Positions 1 through 8,137 of a stretch of 64,000 bases of DNA are shown one piece after another. Source of the DNA: an uncultured Chloroflexia bacterium. GTDB taxonomy: Bacteria > Chloroflexota > Limnocylindria > Limnocylindrales > CSP1-4. The position numbers and the translations under genes are program-made. Position 1 is the stretch's first letter. The number at the start of each line of letters is the position of its first letter. The notes below the pieces were generated by a model. That model ran no database searches and had not been told where the DNA came from. It saw only the letters and a program-made list of their open reading frames with translations. The stretch is taken from NCBI GenBank assembly GCA_963768655.1, contig CAVYIM010000004.1, forward strand, positions 576,001-640,000. Direction: 5' to 3'.

Positions 1-1
1 G

Positions 2-664
2 GCGTCGACCTCCGTGAAGCAGTTCATGACCTTTCCCAAGCTACTCGGACTGAGCATGAAGCCGCGCGTGAGCGACATCGGCGCGATCCGCGTGATGCTG
101 GTCAAGTTTGCCGAACGGGCCCGCCGCGAGGGTTTGCTCGCCCTCGAGGCCGATGTCGAAGCCGTCGAGGATCCATTCATTCGGCACGGCCTGCAGATGG
201 TCATCGACGGTCTCGAGCCCGACACGGTGGAGGAGATCCTCGAGATCGAGATCGAGTCGATGCAGGCCCGCCACATGAAGGGCATCGACATGTTCGCCAA
301 GATGGGCGGCTACTCGCCCACCTTCGGCGTTCTCGGCACCGTCATGGGCCTCGTCAGCGTTCTGTCGAACCTGTCGGATCCTTCGGGGCTGGGTGAATCG
401 ATTGCCACCGCCTTCATCGCCACCCTGTTCGGCGTCGGTGCCGCAAACATCCTGTGGCTGCCGATCTCCGTCAACCTCAAGGGCAAGGATCAGGCCGAGG
501 TCGCCGAGCGGCGTCTCGCCCTGGCCGCGATCCTGGCAATCCAGGCCGGCGACAACCCGCGGATCGTGGCCCAGAAGCTGCGCGCCTACGCGGGATCGGA
601 GGGCGAAGAGGCCGAAGCCACCGAGAAGACGACTTCCGGCGCGCCGATAGCGGAGGCGGCGTGA
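2..664 (+). CDS. motA: Flagellar stator MotA, 5' truncated by the window edge
   Basis: ARREGLLALE, GLQMVIDG, PTFGVLGTVMGL and AFIATLFG motifs. The frame is open back to position 2. Confidence 0.95.
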   Translation, partial: ASTSVKQFMTFPKLLGLSMKPRVSDIGAIRVMLVKFAERARREGLLALEADVEAVEDPFIRHGLQMVIDGLEPDTVEEILEIEIESMQARHMKGIDMFAKMGGYSPTFGVLGTVMGLVSVLSNLSDPSGLGESIATAFIATLFGVGAANILWLPISVNLKGKDQAEVAERRLALAAILAIQAGDNPRIVAQKLRAYAGSEGEEAEATEKTTSGAPIAEAA

Positions 665-1479
665 TGGCGCGGCGCAAGCGATCCCACGTCGAGGGGCCGC
701 ACGACAACGAGGAACGCTGGCTCCTGACCTACTCCGACCTGATCACGCTCCTCTTCGTGCTGTTCGTGGTCATGTACGCCATCAGCAATACCGACACTCG
801 CAAGTTCATCCTCCTCGCCGAGTCGGTGTCGGCGGCCTTCAACGCCGACGTCATGCAGGGCCAGTCGGCCGTCTCGATCATGGACGGCCAGGAGACGACG
901 GTTCAGGACCAGAACTACGACACCGGATCGAGCACCGTGGACAGCGACCTGCGGGCGATCACGGCCCAGCTCGAGGACTACGCCATCGGCCAGGGGTTGG
1001 GCGGCGAGGTCGAGGTCGGGATGGCCCCGCAGGGAATCGTCATCCGCCTCAACGACGCCCTGCTGTTCACATCCGGCCGGGCCAATCTCGACGACCACGC
1101 CGTGGCCCTGGTGGGGAAGATCGTCGCCATCATCAAGCCCCTGCCCAACGACATTCGGATCGAGGGCAATACCGACGACCAGCCGCCCGAGGGCGGCCTC
1201 TACGCCGACAACTGGGAGCTCTCGACGGCACGGGCGCTGGCGGTCCTGCAGGCCATGATCCAGCAGGGCATGGCGCCCGAGAGGCTGTCCGCCCAGGGCA
1301 ACGCCCAGTACAACCCGGTCGTTCCCAACACCGACGACGCCTCCCGGGCCAAGAACCGCCGCGTCGACATCGTAGTCATCTACCCACCGGCGGATGACAG
1401 CACGTCATCAGTGGATGACAGCACGTCATCGGTTGGCGACGGCACGGCCAGCCCGATCGCGGGGCCCTCATTCCCATGA
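664..1479 (+). CDS. motB: Flagellar stator MotB, probably H+-type
   Basis: WLLTYSDLITLL TM with the conserved Asp and Val at D+11. OmpA-like domain (NWELSTARA, NRRVDI). ATG overlaps the motA stop. Confidence 0.95.
   Translation: MARRKRSHVEGPHDNEERWLLTYSDLITLLFVLFVVMYAISNTDTRKFILLAESVSAAFNADVMQGQSAVSIMDGQETTVQDQNYDTGSSTVDSDLRAITAQLEDYAIGQGLGGEVEVGMAPQGIVIRLNDALLFTSGRANLDDHAVALVGKIVAIIKPLPNDIRIEGNTDDQPPEGGLYADNWELSTARALAVLQAMIQQGMAPERLSAQGNAQYNPVVPNTDDASRAKNRRVDIVVIYPPADDSTSSVDDSTSSVGDGTASPIAGPSFP
1392..1446 (+). repeat. 21-nt in-frame tandem repeat (DDSTSSV, about 2.5 copies) in the MotB tail
   Basis: ggatgacagcacgtcatcagt followed by ggatgacagcacgtcatcggt and a degenerate third copy. Confidence 0.8.
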
Positions 1480-1540
1480 ACCCCATCTTCTCTCCAATCC
1501 CTTCGGCAAGCTGCCGTCTTACCTCGATGGAGAACCACCC

Positions 1541-2050
1541 GTGAAACTGCCGATTCCCCACGGACGCCGCGCCATCCTCGTCCTGGGCGTGCCCCTGGGA
1601 CTGGCCGCGGCCGGTGCCCTCGCCTTCACCCAGCTATCGGCCGGCAGCGCACCGCCGCCGCCCGTGCCCGATCCCGGTCCCGGGCAGACCGGCCCCATGC
1701 TCGCCCTCGACAGCCGGGTCATCAACCTCGCCGCCAGCACGACTCCCGGCGCCTTCAAGTACGCCAAGATCGCCCTGACGATCGAGCTGCGACCCGACTC
1801 TGCGAGCTTCTACACGCTCTCCAGCGATGCCCGCGCCAAAGAGGAGACGGCCGAGACGGCCAAGGACGCGGATGACGTGCCGCTGCTCCTCGACGCTCTC
1901 GGAACGGTCGTTTCTTCGCACGACTCCGATTCGCTGACCAGTCCGGACGGCCGGGCCGCCCTCAAGACCGAGCTGCTGGCGGCCATGCGGAAGGTCATGG
2001 GTGAGAGCGCCGTCATCGACGTCTACTTCACCGACTTCGTAATGCAGTAG
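1541..2050 (+). CDS. fliL: Flagellar protein FliL
   Basis: N-terminal TM, VINLA, C-terminal DVYFTDFVMQ. GTG start after ggaga. Confidence 0.9.
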   Translation: MKLPIPHGRRAILVLGVPLGLAAAGALAFTQLSAGSAPPPPVPDPGPGQTGPMLALDSRVINLAASTTPGAFKYAKIALTIELRPDSASFYTLSSDARAKEETAETAKDADDVPLLLDALGTVVSSHDSDSLTSPDGRAALKTELLAAMRKVMGESAVIDVYFTDFVMQ

Positions 2051-2062
2051 GCGGACCCTCAG

Positions 2063-3049
2063 ATGCTGTCGCAGGCCGAGATCGATGCGCTCCTTGGGGC
2101 GGTGGCGGATGGCTCGCTGCCGTCTGAGGACCAGCCGCCGTCGCTGAGCGCGGACGGTCGAATCGTCAAGACCTACGACTTCCGCCGGCCCGCCAAGTTC
2201 TCCAACGAGCAGCTGCGGACGCTGCAGGCGATCCACGAGAACGTCGGTCGCGTCGCGGCCGCCCGCCTCTCCTCGTTCCTGCGCGGCGCGGTCGTCATCC
2301 AGCTGGCGGGCACAGACCAGCTGGTCTTCGACGACTACCTCGGCCAGCTGACGCTCCCCACGGAGCTCGTAGTGATGACGAGTCCCGGCCTTGCCGGGCC
2401 CTTCCTGGCCGACCTGGACCTGGGCTTCGCCTTCGCCGCAGTCGATCGTCTGCTGGGCGGCCCGGGCCGCATTCCATCTGAGCGGAATGAGCCCACGCCG
2501 ATCGAGGCCAATCTGATATCCCGCGTCGTCGGGCACCTGCCCCACGCCCTGAACGAGGGCTGGGCCCATCTCCAGACGCTGGACGTCTCGATCACGGAAA
2601 CGGCCCTCTCGCCGATCCTGCTCCGTCTCGCCGCCCCCACCGAAGTCGTGGCGGTCCTCACCTACGAAGTCCGGTTCGCCGGTCAGACCGCTCCGATGAC
2701 CATCTGCTATCCGTACGGGACACTGGAGCCGCTGCTGCCCAGGCTGGCCGCCACGATGTGGTACGCCCAGCGGCGCCAGGCCGCCGGCGACGCCGGCGTG
2801 CGCCAGGTGCTGGAAGGCGAGGTTCAGGCGGTCGAGATCCCGCTTTCGGCCGCCTTCCGCGCGGTGGACATCCCCGTAGAGGCGCTGACGGAGCTGCAAC
2901 CCGGCGACGTCATCCGTTTCGACGAGCACTTCGACGAACCGGTCCTCATCACCGTGTCCGACCAGGCCCAGGCGTGGGCAATTCCGGGTCGGGTAGGGGA
3001 TCGCATTGCCCTGCGTCTGGTGACGCCACTTGTGCCCACGGAGGCCTGA
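2063..3049 (+). CDS. fliM: C-ring switch protein FliM
   Basis: LSQAEIDALL CheY-binding peptide, YDFRRP, C-terminal SpoA domain. Confidence 0.95.
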   Translation: MLSQAEIDALLGAVADGSLPSEDQPPSLSADGRIVKTYDFRRPAKFSNEQLRTLQAIHENVGRVAAARLSSFLRGAVVIQLAGTDQLVFDDYLGQLTLPTELVVMTSPGLAGPFLADLDLGFAFAAVDRLLGGPGRIPSERNEPTPIEANLISRVVGHLPHALNEGWAHLQTLDVSITETALSPILLRLAAPTEVVAVLTYEVRFAGQTAPMTICYPYGTLEPLLPRLAATMWYAQRRQAAGDAGVRQVLEGEVQAVEIPLSAAFRAVDIPVEALTELQPGDVIRFDEHFDEPVLITVSDQAQAWAIPGRVGDRIALRLVTPLVPTEA

Positions 3050-3050
3050 C

Positions 3051-4058
3051 ATGAGCTGGGAATCGTTCGACTGGAAGACCGCCGACGGTCAATCGCTCGG
3101 TGCCGGCGCCTCCATCCTGCCGCTCTGGCCGATGCTGCGTTCAGCCATCGCGGAGGCCATCTCGGCCGATGCGCTCTGTCCCATCACTTGCGGCGACCTG
3201 ACGGTCGGCAGCACCACGCTTGCGGAAGCGCCGACTCCGTTCGAGCCGGCGTCTTCCTTCGAGCTGCTGGGCACCGACCGGCGCGGGTCCTGGGGCGCCC
3301 TCGATCCGAGCAAGGGCAGCAAGATCGGCGGCAAGGTCTACGCCGCCGGCCGCCTGCAAGCGCTGGTGATGGAGGCGCTCAGCGGCGCCTTCGAATCGAT
3401 CCTGGGCGAGGGGCTCGGGCTGGGCGCGCCACTGGAGATGCCGGCGCCCGACGCGCCGCTCCTGCTCCTGCGCCTGCCGCTCACCTCGGTCGACAACGAA
3501 GAAGTGGTCGTGATATCGGCCTACGACGCTGCCGTCGCCGGCGAGCTCGCGGCCCACATCGTGGCACTGCAGGCCCTGGCGGCCGAGGTTCCCTCTCAAA
3601 CGCCGCCGCCACACCCGCAGACCGTGGCCCAACGCACGCAGGAGCTCAAGGCGGCTGCCACGCCGTCCGGAGCGGCCGCGCCGGCCTCGGCCGGGTCCGG
3701 GTCGGGCAACGGCAACGGCGGCGGCCGCGGAATGCCTGCCAACGTGCGGCCGGCGGAGCTTCCCGAACTGACCGCCACGCCGTCGAACCAGCCCGCCTAC
3801 AACATCGACCTCCTGCTCGGCGTGAACCTGCAGGTGGCGGTCGAGATCGGGCGGACGACGCTGCCTATCCGCGATGTCCTGGCCCTGACCCCTGGATCGA
3901 TCGTCGAGCTCGACAAGCTGGCCGGCGAGAAGGTCGACGTGCTGATCAACGGCCGCCCGATCGCCCAGGGTGAGGTAGTGGTCGTGGACGAGAACTTCGG
4001 CGTCCGCATCACCGACGTCGTCGCCCGCCAGCAGCGGCTGAGCCCGCAGGGTCGCTGA
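3051..4058 (+). CDS. fliN: C-ring protein FliN with a long, FliY-sized degenerate N-terminus
   Basis: C-terminal SpoA domain (IVELDKLAGEKVD, GEVVVVDENFGVRIT). Follows fliM. Confidence 0.9.
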   Translation: MSWESFDWKTADGQSLGAGASILPLWPMLRSAIAEAISADALCPITCGDLTVGSTTLAEAPTPFEPASSFELLGTDRRGSWGALDPSKGSKIGGKVYAAGRLQALVMEALSGAFESILGEGLGLGAPLEMPAPDAPLLLLRLPLTSVDNEEVVVISAYDAAVAGELAAHIVALQALAAEVPSQTPPPHPQTVAQRTQELKAAATPSGAAAPASAGSGSGNGNGGGRGMPANVRPAELPELTATPSNQPAYNIDLLLGVNLQVAVEIGRTTLPIRDVLALTPGSIVELDKLAGEKVDVLINGRPIAQGEVVVVDENFGVRITDVVARQQRLSPQGR

Positions 4059-4060
4059 CG

Positions 4061-4858
4061 ATGCCGCCTACCCGCCGCTCGCTCGCCGCTCGCCGCCCCA
4101 TGGCGCGGCGCCGCGGTCTGCCCGCGGCGGAGCCGGACGCTCGCGCCGGCACGCATCTCGACGGCGCCGGCGCCGTCGATCTCGCATCGTCGGGCGCGGC
4201 CGGACGGGCGCGATCGCGGGGCTGGGCCTCGCCGGTCCGGATCGGCATGGCGTCGGTCCTGGCGGTTCTGGCCGGGATCGCGATCATCGGGGCCCTGAGC
4301 CCCTCTCCGGTGGCGGGCGGGGCCGGTTCGTCGGCCGCCGCATCGGGAGTCGGCGATTCGGCCGCGGCCTCCTCCGTCGTCGGCTCGGCCTGGGGCGCGG
4401 CCGGCGGAATCGACCCCATCGATCTGATCACCAAGGGCGCGCTGGTCCTCATCCTGCTGTTCATCACGTTGCGCGTGCTCGGGCGGATGCAGACCGCCGG
4501 CCCCAGACGGGGCGGCCGGCTCACCGTCCTCGAGTCCCGGACGCTCGCGTCGAAAGCCTCCCTCCACCTCGTCGCGGTCGGTGACCGGCGCCTGGTGGTG
4601 GGCCTCACGCCGAACGGGATGGTGGCGCTGGCCGAGCTCGACGCCACCGAGCTGGAAGATGCCCAGACCGCCGAATCTCCCTCCGGCGAACCGGAAGCCG
4701 GTCCGGCACGCGGCCTGCGGACTGTCGCCCGGCCGAGCGGCGTTGCCCCTGGTTCCGCGGCGGCCCCTTTCGTCGCAACGCTCAACTCGCTGCTGGCCCC
4801 GATCGATAACCTGACCGATCGGCTGGCCGGCTTCTTCAATGGAAGCCGCGCCCGATGA
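4061..4858 (+). CDS. fliO: Flagellar export protein FliO (start uncertain)
   Basis: TM then LTVLESRTL..SLHLVAVGDRRLVVG. Lies between fliN and fliP. Confidence 0.8.
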   Translation: MPPTRRSLAARRPMARRRGLPAAEPDARAGTHLDGAGAVDLASSGAAGRARSRGWASPVRIGMASVLAVLAGIAIIGALSPSPVAGGAGSSAAASGVGDSAAASSVVGSAWGAAGGIDPIDLITKGALVLILLFITLRVLGRMQTAGPRRGGRLTVLESRTLASKASLHLVAVGDRRLVVGLTPNGMVALAELDATELEDAQTAESPSGEPEAGPARGLRTVARPSGVAPGSAAAPFVATLNSLLAPIDNLTDRLAGFFNGSRAR

Positions 4859-5622
4859 GCCGCCTGACCAGCCACCATCTGCGCCTGCTGATTCTGCTAG
4901 CGCTGGCCGCATTCGCGGTCGCCGGCTGCAGCTCGACCGGCTCTTCGGACATCACGGTTCAAGTCGGCGATGGTCAGGCCTCCAACGGCAACGGCCAGTT
5001 CGCGCTCTCGCTCGAGCTTCTGGTAGCCATCACCGTGCTGTCGCTGGTCCCGGCCATTCTGATGCTGGCCACCAGCTTCACCCGGATCGTCGTGGTGCTG
5101 TCACTCCTGCGCAGCGCCATCGGCATTCCCAATCTGCCGCCCAATCAGGTCCTGATGGGCCTGTCGCTGTTCCTGACCCTGTTCGTCATGTCGCCCGTCC
5201 TGGCCGAGGCGAACAACGATGCGCTGCAGCCGTACCTGAACAACTCGATCAGTCAGGACGAGGCGATGCAGAAGGGCATCGAGCCCTTCCGTGAGTTCAT
5301 GCTCAGCCAGACCCGGGCCGAGGACCTGCAGGTCTTCATCGACCTGTCCAAGGAGCCGCGGCCCAAGACTGCCGACGACGTCTCGATCGAGGTTCTGCTT
5401 CCGGCCTTCGTCGTCAGCGAGCTCAAGACCGCCTTCACGATGGGCTTCCTGCTCTACATCCCCTTCTTGATCATCGACCTCGTCGTCGCCTCGGCCCTGA
5501 TGTCTATGGGCATGGTGATGGTCTCGCCGACCCAGATCGCGCTGCCCTTCAAGCTCCTCCTCTTCGTCCTGGTCGATGGCTGGGTGCTCGTCGTCCAGTC
5601 CCTCGTCCACAGCTTCGGCTAG
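4855..5622 (+). CDS. fliP: Export gate FliP
   Basis: TSFTRIVVVL, PPNQVL, PAFVVSELKTAF, LPFKLLLFVLVDGW. Confidence 0.97.
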   Translation: MSRLTSHHLRLLILLALAAFAVAGCSSTGSSDITVQVGDGQASNGNGQFALSLELLVAITVLSLVPAILMLATSFTRIVVVLSLLRSAIGIPNLPPNQVLMGLSLFLTLFVMSPVLAEANNDALQPYLNNSISQDEAMQKGIEPFREFMLSQTRAEDLQVFIDLSKEPRPKTADDVSIEVLLPAFVVSELKTAFTMGFLLYIPFLIIDLVVASALMSMGMVMVSPTQIALPFKLLLFVLVDGWVLVVQSLVHSFG

Positions 5623-5630
5623 GGCGCCAG

Positions 5631-5900
5631 ATGACACCAGCCGACGTCGGATCCGTGATGCAGCGCGCTCTATGGACGACCCTCCTGGTCGGAGGACCGA
5701 TCGTGCTCGTCTCGATGGCCGTGGGCCTGGCGATCTCGATCGTCCAGGCCGCGACCCAGATCAACGAGGCCACGCTGACTTTCGTCCCCAAGCTCGTGGT
5801 TGTCGCGGTCGTGCTGGTGATCCTCGGTCCCTCGATGATCAACTCGCTGGTCGAGTTCACGCAGTACGTCTTCCAGGTCGCGGCGGAGGCCAACCGATGA
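5631..5900 (+). CDS. fliQ: Export gate FliQ
   Basis: QAATQINEATLTFVPK. Confidence 0.97.
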   Translation: MTPADVGSVMQRALWTTLLVGGPIVLVSMAVGLAISIVQAATQINEATLTFVPKLVVVAVVLVILGPSMINSLVEFTQYVFQVAAEANR

Positions 5901-6652
5901 CGGTCGAGCTGAGCGGCGGCCAGACGGCGCTCCTCTTCCTGGTGCTGATGCGCTGCACCGGGCTCGTCTTCGCGGCCCCGCTGTTCGGCCACCAGGCGAT
6001 CCCGACGCTGGTCAAGTTCGGCCTCGCCGGCTGCCTGACGATCGCCCTGGTCAATCCCGCGGGCGCTTCGGCCGGCAACCTGCCGCTTCTCCTCGCGGCT
6101 CCGATCGAGCTGGTAATCGGCCTCTGTCTCGGGTTCATCCTGACGCTGTCATTCGAGTCCGTCGAGCTGGCGGGCCGGGTCGTCTCGATCCAGCTGGGCC
6201 TCTCCCTGGCCTCGGTGTTCAGCCCCACGCAGGACGAGGCCTCGACCGCCATCGACCCGTTCTTCTCCGTCCTGGCCGGGCTCCTGTTCCTGGCCATGGG
6301 GCTTCACCTGGCGCTCGTCCAGGTCCTGGCGAACTCGTTCACGGTGTATCCGGTGGGCGCGGGCTGGCCGGCCGACCTGTCGGTGACGGGCGCCCAGACC
6401 ATCGCCCTGGCGATGGAGCTCGGCGTTCGGGTCGCACTGCCGATAGCGCTGGTGCTGCTGCTGGTCGAGCTGTCGGTCGCGCTGCTCGCCCGAGCCATCC
6501 CGCAGATCAACGTCTTCATCCTGGGCCTGCCGCTCAAGATGCTGGTCGGATTCGCCGTTCTGGCGTTGGGCATGCCGGCGCTCATCTCGGGTGCCGAGGC
6601 GATCTATCGCTTCGTCTTCCAGGCCGCCTCCGGCGGCGCCGTAAGCGCGTAG
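5897..6652 (+). CDS. fliR: Export gate FliR
   Basis: Polytopic membrane protein with RAIPQINVFILGLPLK. ATGA overlap with fliQ. Confidence 0.95.
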   Translation: MTVELSGGQTALLFLVLMRCTGLVFAAPLFGHQAIPTLVKFGLAGCLTIALVNPAGASAGNLPLLLAAPIELVIGLCLGFILTLSFESVELAGRVVSIQLGLSLASVFSPTQDEASTAIDPFFSVLAGLLFLAMGLHLALVQVLANSFTVYPVGAGWPADLSVTGAQTIALAMELGVRVALPIALVLLLVELSVALLARAIPQINVFILGLPLKMLVGFAVLALGMPALISGAEAIYRFVFQAASGGAVSA

Positions 6653-6661
6653 GGGCCGGCC

Positions 6662-8137
6662 GTGGCCGAGAAGACCGAAGCACCCACCCCACGACGGCGC
6701 GAGGAAGCCCGAGCCAAAGGCCAGGGCATCGGCCGAAGCCACGAGTTCTCCATGGGCCTGACCCTCGGTGTCGGCACCCTGGCCCTCTCGAGCCTCCTGC
6801 CGGGCATCGCAGCCTCACTGGTTTCGCGAACCCAGACGGCCATCGTGACTCTCGACCCGCGCGCCAGCAACGCCCGGCTGCTCGGAGAGACGGGCGACGC
6901 GATCCTCGCCGTCCTGACGCTGGTCCTGCCCCTTGCCGCGCTCGTGATGGTCGCCGGAATTGCCGGCAACCTCGTCTCGGGCGGCCTCGTCTTCTCCTAC
7001 AAGGCGATCCGATTCGACCCGAGCCGCATCAATCCGATCGCCGGGTTGCGTCGGATGGCAGACAGGCAGGCACTCGTGCGGCTCGGCCTGGCGTCGGGCA
7101 AGCTGGCCATCCTCGCGTACATCTCCTGGCAGGTCGTCGGCACTCGCGTGCCGGCGATCGTCGGGACCGAGGGCGCCGACGTCGGCACCATCGCCGGGAG
7201 CTGCCTGGACGCCGTCTTCCAGCTCGGGCTGACGATCACCATTCTGCTCGCCGTCGTGGCCCTGGTCGACTTCGTCGTCCAGCGCCGCAGGGCCATGGAG
7301 TCGATCCGGATGACCAAGGAGGAGGTCAAGCAGGAGTACAAGGACCAGGAAGGCAGCCCGCAGATCCGCGGCGCTCGCCGCCGCCGAGCCCGTCAGATGG
7401 CCTTCGCCAGGATGATGGACGCAGTTCCGACGGCGGACGTCGTGGTGACCAACCCGACGACACTGGCGGTGGCGCTCAAGTACGACTCGCTGACCATGCG
7501 GGCTCCCAAGATCGTGGCCAAGGGCCAGCGCCTGATGGCGGAACGAATCAAGGAGATCGCGCGCGATCACAAGGTCCCGATAGTCGAGGACAAGCCCCTG
7601 GCGCGGGCGCTCTTCTCGCGCCCGATCGGGGCGGAGGTCCCGGCACATCTGTACCGCGCCGTGGCTCGGCTGCTGGTGCTCGTCCACCAGACCCGCTTCG
7701 CCGTGACCGGCCGCGGCCGAAAGGCGGGCAGCGGCGGGCGAGGCTGGCAGGCCGGCCGGGCGGGGACCGGAGCGGCGAGTCTCGCCGCGCGACCGTGGTG
7801 GGTCGACGCCGCGAGCTCGGTCGGCCAGACCGTGGCCGAGGATGCAGCCGCCGCTGAAGAGGCGGACAGCTACGGGCAGATCGGCACGGCAGAAGCAATT
7901 CCCTCGACTGCCACTCGGGTCGGCCCGCCCGACGGCGAGAGTCTGCCCGACGACGGCGGTGAGGTCGGGGCGGAGGTCGACGAAGAAGCGCTGGCGCGGG
8001 CCCTCAGCGAGGACGAACTGGCCGACCTGACTCCGGAAGAGCTGGCCCGTTTCGAGGCGGAAATGGAGGGCTCCCAGGGCGGGGTGGACCCGGCAACCGA
8101 CCGATCGACCGACACAGATGAGGAGCGCGAGCGATGA
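6662..8137 (+). CDS. flhB: Export switch FlhB with a long acidic C-terminal extension
   Basis: EKTEAPTPRR, MTKEEVKQEYKDQEG, VVTNPT, ALKY. Confidence 0.95.
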   Translation: MAEKTEAPTPRRREEARAKGQGIGRSHEFSMGLTLGVGTLALSSLLPGIAASLVSRTQTAIVTLDPRASNARLLGETGDAILAVLTLVLPLAALVMVAGIAGNLVSGGLVFSYKAIRFDPSRINPIAGLRRMADRQALVRLGLASGKLAILAYISWQVVGTRVPAIVGTEGADVGTIAGSCLDAVFQLGLTITILLAVVALVDFVVQRRRAMESIRMTKEEVKQEYKDQEGSPQIRGARRRRARQMAFARMMDAVPTADVVVTNPTTLAVALKYDSLTMRAPKIVAKGQRLMAERIKEIARDHKVPIVEDKPLARALFSRPIGAEVPAHLYRAVARLLVLVHQTRFAVTGRGRKAGSGGRGWQAGRAGTGAASLAARPWWVDAASSVGQTVAEDAAAAEEADSYGQIGTAEAIPSTATRVGPPDGESLPDDGGEVGAEVDEEALARALSEDELADLTPEELARFEAEMEGSQGGVDPATDRSTDTDEERER

